51,819 bases of DNA. Source: Acidimicrobiales bacterium (GTDB lineage Bacteria; Actinomycetota; Acidimicrobiia; Acidimicrobiales; VFJN01). The DNA is taken from assembly GCA_051306055.1 (NCBI GenBank), contig JBPPMN010000009.1:1-51819 (forward strand), in the 5' to 3' direction. The notes under the pieces were generated by a model. That model had not been told where the DNA came from. It ran no database searches and worked only from the letters and a program-made list of their open reading frames with translations. Position 1 is the stretch's first letter. Every line of letters begins with the position of its first letter. Positions 23,668 through 32,114 of this stretch are shown here, piece after piece. A program made the position numbers and the translations under genes.

Positions 23668-24966
23668 ATGACGCGGGTGCTGTGCGTCACCAGCTGGTAC
23701 CCACCCCACCACTTCGGGGGCTACGAGCTCTCCTGCCACGACGTGATGACCCGGCTGGCCGAGCGGGGCCACCACGTGGAGGTGCTCACCAGCGACCACC
23801 GCCACGACGCCACCCCCGATGGGTCCCCGGAGCCGGTCGCCGCTGTGCACCGCGACCTGCAGCTCTACTTCCGCGACGGCGCCCTGTGGGCTCCCTCCAT
23901 GGCGCAGCGGCTCCGCACCGAGCGTCACAACCAGCGGGCGCTGACCGCCGCGCTCGACGCGTGCCGGCCCGACGTGGTGTCGGTGTGGCACGTGGGGGCG
24001 ATGTCGCTCGGCCTGCTCACCACGCTCGTGGAGCGGGGGACGCCCATCGTCTATGCAGTCTCCGACGACTGGCCGATCTACGCCCGCCAGCTCGACCCGT
24101 GGACGAAGGCGCTCGGACGCGTGCCGGGGGCCGCCCGGCTGGCGGAGGCCGTCCTGCGCACCCCGGGTCGGCTCCCGGAGATCGACCGCTCCGGCGCCTT
24201 CTGCTTCATCAGCGAGGTGACGCGTCGCCGCTGCCGCCGGTCGTCGCCTTGGACCTTCCCGACGAGCACCATCGTCTACAGCGGGATCGACGGGCGGCTC
24301 TTCGGCGACGAGCGCGATCCGTCGACCGAGCGTCGGGCGCCGACGGCGGAGCGGCCGCTCGAGCTCCTCTACGTGGGCCGCATCGACGAGCGCAAGGGCA
24401 TCGAGGCGGTCGTGCGGGCGCTGGCCCTCCTCCCCGACGCCCACCTGGTCATCGACGGCCGAGCCAGCGCCGACGACAGGCAGAAGCTCCAGCGGTGGGC
24501 CGACGACGCCGACGTCTCCGACCGCATCACGATCCAGTGCTCCGAGCGGGGGGCGCTCCCCGACACCTACCGGGCCGCCGACGTGTGCGTGTTCGCCAGC
24601 GAGTGGGAGGAGCCCTTCGGCCTCGTCCCCCTGGAGGCCATGGCCTGTGGCACCCCGGTGGTGGCGACGGGGGTGGGGGGCTCGGGCGAGTTCCTCGTCG
24701 ACGGGGGCAACTGCGTGCTCTTCGAGGCCGGCGACGCTCACTCGCTCGCGGCCGCGGTGGGCCGCCTGCGCGACGACGAGGGCCTGCGCTCCCACATCGC
24801 GCGGCACGGGGGGGCCACCGCCGAGTTCTTCGACGTCGACCACCTCACCGACGCCTTCGAGGCCTGGCACGAGTCGATGGCGACCAGAGCCGGCGAGCTG
24901 CCGCCCGATCGGCGGCCGCCTCCGCCTCCGGCTGCGGCCGGTGACAGCCCGGACGAGGCGGCCTGA
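23668..24966 (+). CDS. GT4-family glycosyltransferase
   Basis: VLCVTSWYPPHHFGGYELSCHDVMTRLAERGHHVEVLT ... LLYVGRIDERKGI ... VCVFASEWEEPFGLVPLEAMACGTPVVATGVGGSGEF. The G-rich stretch GGGGGG lies upstream. Confidence 0.85.
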   Translation: MTRVLCVTSWYPPHHFGGYELSCHDVMTRLAERGHHVEVLTSDHRHDATPDGSPEPVAAVHRDLQLYFRDGALWAPSMAQRLRTERHNQRALTAALDACRPDVVSVWHVGAMSLGLLTTLVERGTPIVYAVSDDWPIYARQLDPWTKALGRVPGAARLAEAVLRTPGRLPEIDRSGAFCFISEVTRRRCRRSSPWTFPTSTIVYSGIDGRLFGDERDPSTERRAPTAERPLELLYVGRIDERKGIEAVVRALALLPDAHLVIDGRASADDRQKLQRWADDADVSDRITIQCSERGALPDTYRAADVCVFASEWEEPFGLVPLEAMACGTPVVATGVGGSGEFLVDGGNCVLFEAGDAHSLAAAVGRLRDDEGLRSHIARHGGATAEFFDVDHLTDAFEAWHESMATRAGELPPDRRPPPPPAAAGDSPDEAA

Positions 24967-25013
24967 ACCCACCGCCCGAGGGACAATTTGCCTGAAGCGG
25001 ACGACGGTCGGGC

Positions 25014-25019
25014 TAGGTT
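25014..25019 (+). promoter_or_regulatory. Putative -10 element (TAGGTT within GGCTAGGTT) 8 nt before GTG 25028
   Basis: GGCTAGGTT ccctcgct GTG, with no Shine-Dalgarno in between. Confidence 0.3.
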
Positions 25020-25027
25020 CCCTCGCT

Positions 25028-25876
25028 GTGTCTGAGCACCCGACAGGCGACGACCCCCAGGCCGTCCAACGCCAACTCGACGACCTCGCCTGGTACCACT
25101 CGATCGATGTTGCGCCGGGAGTGGCCACCAAGGGCTGGTTCGACCTACGCCACGCGCTCGATCTCATGCCCCTGCCCGACGTGCGGGGCAAGCGGTGCCT
25201 CGACGTCGGCACCTGGGACGGGTTCTACGCCTACGAGATGGAGCGACGTGGCGCCAGCGAGGTCGTGGCCGTCGATGTGGCCGACCTGGCCGACGTCGAC
25301 TACCCGCCCGAGGTGCGCTCCGATCCCAGCTTCGACCCCAGCCACACCGCGGCCCAACCGCGGCCGGCGGGCTTCCATCTGCTGCACGACCTGCTGCACT
25401 CCAAGGTGCAGTGGCGCGCGGGCAACATCTACGACCTCGACCCGGCCGAGCTGGGCACCTTCGACGTGGTCGTGGTGGGGAGCCTCCTGATCCACCTGCG
25501 CGACCCGGTGCGAGCGCTCGACGCCGTCCGCAAGGTCACTAGCGGCTCCTTCCTCTCGGTCGACTACGTGCACCCGCCCGTCGACCTGCTGGCCCGCCGA
25601 GGCCGACCGCTCTTCCAGCTGCGCGGCGAGGGCAGCGACTTCCAGTGGTGGCTGGCCAGCGATGCGGGGCTGCGCCAGCTGCTCCATGTGGGGGGCTTCG
25701 CCATCGACGAGGTGTCGAAGTACTTCTTGCTGCGCCCGGGCGCGCGTGGGAGCACGAACGCAACCGACCGTGGCCTGCGCGGTCGCGTCAAGCACCTCAG
25801 CACCCGCGCCCTGGCTGGCGACAGCACACCCGGCGGACATCTCCACCGCGCCTACCTCACCCACCCACGCTTCTAG
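25028..25876 (+). CDS. Class I SAM-dependent methyltransferase, 'WYH' (DUF1698/CmoB-like) type, paralog 1
   Basis: DDLAWYHSIDVAPGVATKGWFDLRHALDLMPLPDVRGKRCLDVGTWDGFYAYEMERRGASEVVAVDV and FDVVVVGSLLIHLRDPVRAL. I trimmed the track ORF 24647..25876; its upstream part overlaps the GT4 gene in another frame. Confidence 0.75.
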   Translation: MSEHPTGDDPQAVQRQLDDLAWYHSIDVAPGVATKGWFDLRHALDLMPLPDVRGKRCLDVGTWDGFYAYEMERRGASEVVAVDVADLADVDYPPEVRSDPSFDPSHTAAQPRPAGFHLLHDLLHSKVQWRAGNIYDLDPAELGTFDVVVVGSLLIHLRDPVRALDAVRKVTSGSFLSVDYVHPPVDLLARRGRPLFQLRGEGSDFQWWLASDAGLRQLLHVGGFAIDEVSKYFLLRPGARGSTNATDRGLRGRVKHLSTRALAGDSTPGGHLHRAYLTHPRF

Positions 25877-25881
25877 GTCGG

Positions 25882-26670
25882 CTACGACCCAGCCCGCAGG
25901 GAGATGCGGCGACGCAGCGCCGCCACCTCGGTGCGCAGAGCCGCTAGCTCCTCGACCACCTCACGGGACATCCCATCAGCGGTTCGCGATGGACGGCGGG
26001 CCACCGCCGCCTTGACCTCTGCCAGCTCATCGAGCACGGCGTCGAGGCTGGGCATCTCCTCGCGCAGCGCAGTGATCTCCTCCATCAGCGGAGCCAGGGT
26101 GCCGAGCCGTGGCGTGGCGCCCGGAGCGGCGGTGCCAAAGTCGTCGAGCTTGCCGACGACGTCGGTCATGTCGGCCCGCAGCGCCGCGATGTCGGAGCTC
26201 ACCCGTTCGAGCTCGGGCCACTCGAGCACCACCCGTCGGAGCCCCGTGACATCGCTGCGGAGCTCGTCGACGGCTGATCGGAGCTGCCGCAGCTGCACCC
26301 GTTCGCCGAGGTCCTCCACGGTCTGGCGCAGTGCGGTGAGCTCCGTGCGCACCTCGGCCAGGTCGGCGCCCAGGTCGTCGTGGACGGAGCGGAGGCGGTG
26401 CAGGATCCGATCGGCCAGGCGGTCGTAGGCGTCGACGACGGCACGACGCAGGCCCGAGCCGCTGTCGGCTGCGTCGGAGCGCTCGAGGGTGGACACCAGC
26501 GACCCATCCACCACCTCGGGCCCCGTGCGGGCCTCGTCGCCGAGCGGCTCGGACGAGGGCTCGCCGGTGGGGTCGGCTGCTCCGGCCCTCGGAGAGCCAG
26601 GCCGGCTGGGCCAGCTGAGCCGCACCCTGGGCGCTGGCGCGCTGCTCGTGTTCGGTTCGGGTGTGCGCAC
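25882..26670 (-). CDS. Coiled-coil repeat protein with a Pro/Ser-rich N-terminus (hypothetical)
   Basis: The C-terminal ~200 aa carry a recurring E(L/I)xALRxx(V/M) motif: EVRTELTALRQTV, VDELRSDVTGLRRVV, SSDIAALRADMTDVV, MEEITALREEM, VEELAALRTEVAALRRRI. The start is uncertain. GTG 26670 has AGGGAG 4 nt upstream. GTG 26514, 26511 or 26496 would give a shorter protein. Confidence 0.5.
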   Translation of the reverse strand: MRTPEPNTSSAPAPRVRLSWPSRPGSPRAGAADPTGEPSSEPLGDEARTGPEVVDGSLVSTLERSDAADSGSGLRRAVVDAYDRLADRILHRLRSVHDDLGADLAEVRTELTALRQTVEDLGERVQLRQLRSAVDELRSDVTGLRRVVLEWPELERVSSDIAALRADMTDVVGKLDDFGTAAPGATPRLGTLAPLMEEITALREEMPSLDAVLDELAEVKAAVARRPSRTADGMSREVVEELAALRTEVAALRRRISLRAGS

Positions 26671-26812
26671 GGTGCTCCCTTGCTGCCGGCCCCAGGACGC
26701 CTCGCCCAACCCTACCCAGCCAACCCGACCTGCTCCGACGCAGGCATTCGGCTCCCACGGGTCGAATGGACACAGGTCGATGACGGTCGGTGGACAGCCG
26801 CCTGTCACGCGC

Positions 26813-26835
26813 GGCCAGGTCCGTCGGACCTGGCC
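26813..26835. promoter_or_regulatory. Perfect 10-bp inverted repeat with a 3-nt spacer, 32 nt upstream of the dehydratase ATG
   Basis: GGCCAGGTCC GTC GGACCTGGCC. It could be an operator or a 5'-UTR hairpin. Confidence 0.3.
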
Positions 26836-26866
26836 ATCCGGTACCGACGACCTCCGCGGAGCGCAG

Positions 26867-27865
26867 ATGACAGCCTGGACGCCTGATCCCTCCCTGTGGC
26901 GTGACCGACCGGTCGCCGTCACCGGCGCCACCGGGTTCCTCGGATCCCACCTCGTCGCCCACCTCGTCGACCTCGGCGCACACGTGACCATCCTCGTGCG
27001 CGACGACATCCCCTCGACCGCGATCAGCGCCCCCTGGTGGGCCAGGGTGCGGGTCGTGCGCGGCGCCGTGGAGGACCAGGCCCTCGTCGAGCGCCTGCTC
27101 GGCGAGTACGAGACCCGCACGCTGTTCCACCTCGCCGCCCAGAGCCAGGTGGGAGCGGCCAACCGCAACCCGGTGGCCACCTATGAGGCCAACATCCGCG
27201 GCACCTGGAGCCTCCTCGAGGCGGCCCACCGCTCCGACCGCATCGAGCAGGTGGTCACGGCCAGCAGCGACAAGGCCTACGGCGCCCAACCCCACCTCCC
27301 CTACGACGAGGACATGCCGCTCCTGGCCGTCAACCCCTACGACGTCTCGAAGGCCTGCTCCGACCTGCTGGCGCAGAGCTACCAGCAGACCTACGGCGTG
27401 CCGGTGTGCATCACGCGCTGCGGCAACTTCTTCGGCCCCGGCGACCAGAACTGGGAGCGCCTCGTGCCGGGCACGATCCGCTCGCTGATCCGCGGCGAGC
27501 GCCCGATCATCCGCTCCGACGGCACGATGGTGCGCGACTACCTCCACGTCGTCGACGGCGCCCTCGCCTACCTGCAGCTGGCCGAGGCCATGGCGGCCGA
27601 CCCGTCCCTGGCCGGCGAGGCGTTCAACTTCTCCACCGAGGTGCCCATGACCGTGCTGGAGCTCGTGGCCAAGCTCCAGGAGGCCGCCGGCACCGACCTC
27701 GAGCCCGAAATCCTCGGCACCGCCTCCCACGAGATCGACAGCCAGTACCTCTCCGCGGCCAAGGCCAGGAAGGTGCTCGGCTGGGCCCCGACCATGTCCA
27801 CCGAGGAGGCGCTGGGCCACACGGTCGAGTGGTACCGGGCCCATCTCTCCGATGCCGGGAGCTGA
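26867..27865 (+). CDS. CDP-glucose 4,6-dehydratase-like extended SDR
   Basis: LWRDRPVAVTGATGFLGSHLVAHL, TASSDKAYG, the YxxxK motif in NPYDVSKACSDLL, RCGNFFGPGDQNWERLVPGTI, and RDYLHVVD. GGAG lies 6 nt upstream of ATG 26867. I trimmed the track ORF 26489..27865. Confidence 0.8.
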   Translation: MTAWTPDPSLWRDRPVAVTGATGFLGSHLVAHLVDLGAHVTILVRDDIPSTAISAPWWARVRVVRGAVEDQALVERLLGEYETRTLFHLAAQSQVGAANRNPVATYEANIRGTWSLLEAAHRSDRIEQVVTASSDKAYGAQPHLPYDEDMPLLAVNPYDVSKACSDLLAQSYQQTYGVPVCITRCGNFFGPGDQNWERLVPGTIRSLIRGERPIIRSDGTMVRDYLHVVDGALAYLQLAEAMAADPSLAGEAFNFSTEVPMTVLELVAKLQEAAGTDLEPEILGTASHEIDSQYLSAAKARKVLGWAPTMSTEEALGHTVEWYRAHLSDAGS

Positions 27866-28814
27866 CCAGCCCGGACCCATCGTGGTCACGGGCGCGGCGG
27901 GCTACCTCGGCGGGCGGGTGGCCAGCCTGCTGGGCGATGACGCACAAGCGCTCGTCCGGACGCCGGTGCCGTGGCTGCCCAGACGGTCCCAGGAGGTGTG
28001 CGACCTCCTCGGCCCCCCCGATGCGCTGGCCGCCGCCATCGACGGGGCGTCCGTCGTCGTCCACCTCGCCGGTCACAACGAGGTGGTCGCCGCTCGCGAG
28101 CCCGACCGAGCCGTCGCAGAGACCGTCGCCATGGCCGAGCGAGTGCGAGACGGGGCCAGGACGGTCGGCGCTCGGCGCGTCGTCTACGTCTCGACCGTCC
28201 ACGTCTACGGGGCGCAGCTCCAGCCGGGGATGCGCATCGACGAAGCCACCCGCGTCGAGCCCACGTCGCGGTACGCGCAGGCACGGCTCGAGTGCGAGCA
28301 GGTCTTCGCCGACGCCGCTGACCTGGAGGTCGTCGTGCTGCGGCTCACCAACGCTGTCGGCGCTCCGGCCGACCCGTCTGTGGACCGGTGGACGCTGGTG
28401 GCCAGCGACCTCTGCCGGCAGGCCGTCATCGGCCGCACCATGGAGCTCCGCTCCGATGGGCTGCAGTGGCGCGACTTCATCCCGCTCGATGATGCAGCCC
28501 GGCTGACCATCGGCTCGGCCGTAGGCTCGGGCGTGCCGGCCGGCACCTACAACCTGGGCTCCGGCACCTCGACCACGGTCCGGAAGGTGGCGGGGCTCGT
28601 GCAGGAGAGGGTCGAGCGGACCTGCGGCTACCGCCCCAGCCTGGTGGCCCCTCCGGTCACTCGGCCGCCCGAAGAGCCGTATGAGGTCGTGGTCGACAAG
28701 CTGGCTCGTTGCGGCCTGCGCGCAACGCTCTCCTTGGAGGCGGCCATCGACGAGATCGTCGACCACTGCGTCAAGCACGAGTCACTGCTGCGGACCGACC
28801 CGGCAGGAGCCTGA
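27852..28814 (+). CDS. NAD-dependent sugar epimerase/reductase (extended SDR) with an atypical Y-x3-R active-site motif
   Basis: IVVTGAAGYLGGRV is the GxxGxxG motif, followed by VYVSTVHVYG. At the position of the canonical P.spYg.sK..aE it reads PTSRYAQARLECE, with Arg in place of Lys. It overlaps the upstream gene by 14 nt. Confidence 0.8.
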   Translation: MPGADQPGPIVVTGAAGYLGGRVASLLGDDAQALVRTPVPWLPRRSQEVCDLLGPPDALAAAIDGASVVVHLAGHNEVVAAREPDRAVAETVAMAERVRDGARTVGARRVVYVSTVHVYGAQLQPGMRIDEATRVEPTSRYAQARLECEQVFADAADLEVVVLRLTNAVGAPADPSVDRWTLVASDLCRQAVIGRTMELRSDGLQWRDFIPLDDAARLTIGSAVGSGVPAGTYNLGSGTSTTVRKVAGLVQERVERTCGYRPSLVAPPVTRPPEEPYEVVVDKLARCGLRATLSLEAAIDEIVDHCVKHESLLRTDPAGA

Positions 28815-28886
28815 CGCACCGCCGCTCCGTGCTCGGGCCGCACGCCCGGCGGGCGAGAGCGCCACGACCAAGCTCGGTCAGGGAGG

Positions 28887-29657
28887 TCAGTGCCGCACCA
28901 CCGCGAGTCGACCGGTCCAGTCGATGCGGTGCAGGAACGGCGGAGCGGGAAGGGCATCGAGGTACTCGTCGACGGCGTCGCGCGCCCCCGTGAACTGCCC
29001 GTAATCGTCGATGATGAGGATGGCGCCCTCGACCAGGCGCGGGTACAGGTGCGACAGCTCATGGGCGGTGGACTCGTACCAGTCGGTGTCGAGCCTGAGC
29101 AGAGCGATCTGGTCGGGGGTCTCGCCGGGGATCGTCTCCTCGACCATCCCGGCCACGAAGTGCAGCCGCTCAGGCGGGTATCCGGTGCTCTCGAGGAGCA
29201 TCCGCACCTCATCGAGGGGCAGGTAGCGGTAGCCGTCGGTGTCGTGGGGGTCGACGGGACCCTCGAAGTACGACGACGCGTGCCGACCCCAGATGTCGAA
29301 GTCTCGCTCCCCGGGTGGAGGCATCCTGGTGAACGTGTCGTAGAGCCAGAGATCGCGGGTGGTGTCGCCCTCCTCGAGGAGCGTGCGGGCCACCGCCAAC
29401 ATGCTGCCACCCCTCCAAACACCGCACTCGGCGATGGCCCCCGCAAGGCCAGACCGGCTCAGGTGGCGGACGGACTCCACCAGTGCGGCGATCCGCTCAG
29501 GCCCGGTGAGCGTGTAGTCGCGAACGGCGCGGCAGGTCGCGATCATCTTCTCATCGAAGTCGTGGGGCCACGTGTCCCCGTCGGCCCGTCGTACGAGATC
29601 GAACCCGAGCCGACCCACGCCTGCCATCACAAGGCGCGACACGGCTGGCTTGATCAC
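28887..29657 (-). CDS. TylF/MycF-family sugar O-methyltransferase (macrocin-O-methyltransferase-like)
   Basis: AIAECGVWRGGS, WLYDTF, and ALLRLDTDWYESTAHELSHLYPRLVEGAILIIDDY are hallmark TylF-family motifs. The start is GTG 29657, with a GTGA overlap. Confidence 0.8.
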   Translation of the reverse strand: MIKPAVSRLVMAGVGRLGFDLVRRADGDTWPHDFDEKMIATCRAVRDYTLTGPERIAALVESVRHLSRSGLAGAIAECGVWRGGSMLAVARTLLEEGDTTRDLWLYDTFTRMPPPGERDFDIWGRHASSYFEGPVDPHDTDGYRYLPLDEVRMLLESTGYPPERLHFVAGMVEETIPGETPDQIALLRLDTDWYESTAHELSHLYPRLVEGAILIIDDYGQFTGARDAVDEYLDALPAPPFLHRIDWTGRLAVVRH

Positions 29658-30319
29658 GATGCTCCCCGACCCGCCCGCCGACGGGCTGCCGCGACCGTCT
29701 CGCGCGCCGCCAGCGCCCAGAGCTGGCGAAGGGTCATGCGGATGGGACCGAGGTCGACCGGTGCCGACCCGCCCCAAGCACCCACCCGTGCCCGGGTGCG
29801 CGGGAGACGATCGAGGGTGAGCTCCTCCAAGGGGGCCTTCACCCCGAGTCCGAGCACCGTCTCGGGAAGGTGCTCCCAGCCGTGGGAGATCACGAGCCGA
29901 GAGTCGAACGGGGCCAAGAGCTGCTCGAACCCCTCCGGGGTGAAGCGCCAGAAGTCCCACGGGTGAGCATGGATCACGAAGAACATGACCGAGGTGATCG
30001 CCACCGTCCCCCCCGGCTTCAGCACCCGGTGGATCTCCTGCAGCGCCCGTATGGGATCGGCGACGTGCTCCAAGGTGTCGGCCGCCAGGACCGAGCCCAC
30101 CGAACCGTCGGCGAACGAGAGGGCGTGGACGTCCTCGACCCGGTCGACGCCGGGGCCGGGCTGGATGTCACACCCGATGTACTCCCGGCCCGGGAAGAGT
30201 GATCGGAGGTCCGTCTGGTCCTCTTGTCCCTCCGCCGGGCGAGCGCCGATCTCGACGATGGGCTCCAGCAGGGGCAGCTCGGCGACGTCGGCCATGAAGC
30301 CGCGCACGACGGGCCTCAA
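29654..30319 (-). CDS. Class I SAM-dependent methyltransferase (Methyltransf_11-like)
   Basis: IVEIGARPAEG, SVGSVLAADTLEHVADPIRALQEIHRVLKPGGTVAI. Confidence 0.75.
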   Translation of the reverse strand: MRPVVRGFMADVAELPLLEPIVEIGARPAEGQEDQTDLRSLFPGREYIGCDIQPGPGVDRVEDVHALSFADGSVGSVLAADTLEHVADPIRALQEIHRVLKPGGTVAITSVMFFVIHAHPWDFWRFTPEGFEQLLAPFDSRLVISHGWEHLPETVLGLGVKAPLEELTLDRLPRTRARVGAWGGSAPVDLGPIRMTLRQLWALAARETVAAARRRAGRGAS

Positions 30320-30945
30320 GGGGTCCGCTCCGCCCGCACGATGAACTGCAGGGTCCCGAGGTCGCCCATGAACGGCGCCAGGCGGTTCCAGCGCGACCCG
30401 TGACGAAGGGTGAGCAGGCTGTGTCGCCGGACGGCCACGATCTCGAAGGGCGTGCCCGCGACCAGGTCGTCGAGGTTGCTGCGGGCGAAGAAGCGCAGGT
30501 GGGTGCGGTCGAAGATGCCGATGGCGTCGTAGGGCCAGCGCCGGTGACGAGCCAGCGACCAGAAGGTCTTCGCATGCCGCACGTTCGGCAGCGACATGAC
30601 GAGGCTCCCTCCCGGAGCGACGCGCTCAGCACCCCAGCGGACGACGGTCCACGGGTCTCGAAGGTGCTCGAGCACATCGGCGAACACCACGCAGTCATAC
30701 GTCTGGTCCGACAGCTCCTGGCCCACCGCCATGCGCTCCACGTCGCCCTCCACGACCTCATCGAGCAAGGCGCGCGCCATGGCAGCGAGCTCCGGGTCGA
30801 CCTCGATGCCGGTGACGTGGTGCCCGCGGGCCCGTAGCGCCGCACCCATCACACCGGCACTGCAGCCGACATCGAGGACCCGTCGCGCCTGCGAGGGGAT
30901 CAGCACCGTGACCTCGGTCCGCGGGTTGGCGTACGCCGGGTGCAC
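30316..30945 (-). CDS. Class I SAM-dependent methyltransferase
   Basis: RRVLDVGCSAGVMGAAL, HVTGIEVD, YDCVVFADVLEHLRDPWTVV, GGSLVMSLPN. The start is GTG 30945. An upstream in-frame GTG near 31011 cannot be excluded. Confidence 0.7.
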   Translation of the reverse strand: MHPAYANPRTEVTVLIPSQARRVLDVGCSAGVMGAALRARGHHVTGIEVDPELAAMARALLDEVVEGDVERMAVGQELSDQTYDCVVFADVLEHLRDPWTVVRWGAERVAPGGSLVMSLPNVRHAKTFWSLARHRRWPYDAIGIFDRTHLRFFARSNLDDLVAGTPFEIVAVRRHSLLTLRHGSRWNRLAPFMGDLGTLQFIVRAERTP

Positions 30946-31061
30946 GGTTCCATCGAGCCGCGGTGGTCGCAGGTCGGTGGGAGCTGGTGCCGCCGAGGGG
31001 CGTTGGCCCACTGCAGCCGGGCTGCTGGGGCTACGGCCGCCGGTGCGAGCGGAATCCGGGC

Positions 31062-32114
31062 TCACAGGACCACCCGCCGGTGGCGCACGGTGCCGCGCGC
31101 CATGGCACCCAGCGCAACGGCGTCCGACCAGGCCAGGCGCCCGAGCAGCGCTGCCGCGCTCCGACGACCTCGCGCCAGATGGCGGGCAGCTCGCCATCGG
31201 TGGCGAAGCCACGGCGCCGCGGCGCCCAAGAGCCACCACTGGCGGGTGACGGCTGTCGCGGCGAGCCCGAGGAGGGCGAGGTCGAACAGCTCCGAGCGCC
31301 TGTCGAGGAAAACCCCCCGGTGGAGCCAGGTGGCGACCAGCGGGGACCGGCGAGCCAGGCCGGGGAACCCCGCCAGCTCACGCTGATCAGCCAGCCAGCG
31401 ACCGAAGTCCGACGGGATGCAGCGGTGGTGCACGAGAGCCTGCGAATCGAAGGCGGCGACGCCGCCGGCCCGCTGCACCTCCCACGCAAGGCAGGCGTCC
31501 TCGCCGAAGGCGCGCCCACTGGCCGGGTGGAGCAGCGGGTCGTCCTCGTCGAAGCCTCCGGCCCGACGGAACGACTCGACCCGGTAGGCCACGTTGCAGG
31601 TCTCGAAGAAGGGCGTCGGTCGCTTGATCCACTTCGTGTGATCCCACGGCCCCATCGAGGCGACCGTCGCAGGGTCGGCGTGCACCGCTCCCTGCACGAC
31701 AGCGACCTCGGGCGCCGCATCGAACGAGCGTCGGAGATGGCGCAGCCACCCAGGGGTGGGAAGGCAGTCGTCATCCGTGATGGCGATGATCGGGGCACGG
31801 ACGGCGGCGGCGCCCGCGTTCCGGCCGGGTCCAGGACCGCGGTTCTGGTCGACGCGGATGGCCAGTGCCCGCAGCCGGGTGGTGGAGACCAGGCCCTCCA
31901 GGACGGACCAGGTGTCATCGTTCGACCCGTTGTCGACGATGACGACCTCGTAGTCGCCCGGACGCAGGTCCTGCGACTCGAGTGCCGCCCACAGCCCCTG
32001 CAAGTACTGCGGGCGCCCGTAGGTGGCGACCAGCACGGCGATCGACGGCGGTGGGCCGGCCCAAGTCGAGCTGGCGGAGCGCCCGATGACCATCGATGGT
32101 CGTCGGGTGCTCAC
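31062..32114 (-). CDS. GT2-family glycosyltransferase
   Basis: IAVLVATYGRPQYLQGLWAALESQ, VVIVDNGSNDDT, NRGPGPGRNAGA, ITDDDCLP and GEDACLAW. The start is GTG 32114 (GTGA overlap) or ATG 32093. Confidence 0.8.
   Translation of the reverse strand: MSTRRPSMVIGRSASSTWAGPPPSIAVLVATYGRPQYLQGLWAALESQDLRPGDYEVVIVDNGSNDDTWSVLEGLVSTTRLRALAIRVDQNRGPGPGRNAGAAAVRAPIIAITDDDCLPTPGWLRHLRRSFDAAPEVAVVQGAVHADPATVASMGPWDHTKWIKRPTPFFETCNVAYRVESFRRAGGFDEDDPLLHPASGRAFGEDACLAWEVQRAGGVAAFDSQALVHHRCIPSDFGRWLADQRELAGFPGLARRSPLVATWLHRGVFLDRRSELFDLALLGLAATAVTRQWWLLGAAAPWLRHRWRAARHLARGRRSAAALLGRLAWSDAVALGAMARGTVRHRRVVL

Noticed and set aside
26489-26866. The 126-codon N-terminal extension of the dehydratase ORF (the track start is at 26489).
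   Set aside because: The extension is Pro/Ser/Gly-rich with no SDR homology. The canonical N-terminus (…VAVTGATGFLG) follows ATG 26867, which has a GGAG ribosome-binding site.
28815-28886. Possible bidirectional terminator between the convergent SDR and TylF-like genes.
   Set aside because: Only 4-5 bp stems are visible (for example CGCCC-GGC-GGGCG), which is too weak to call.
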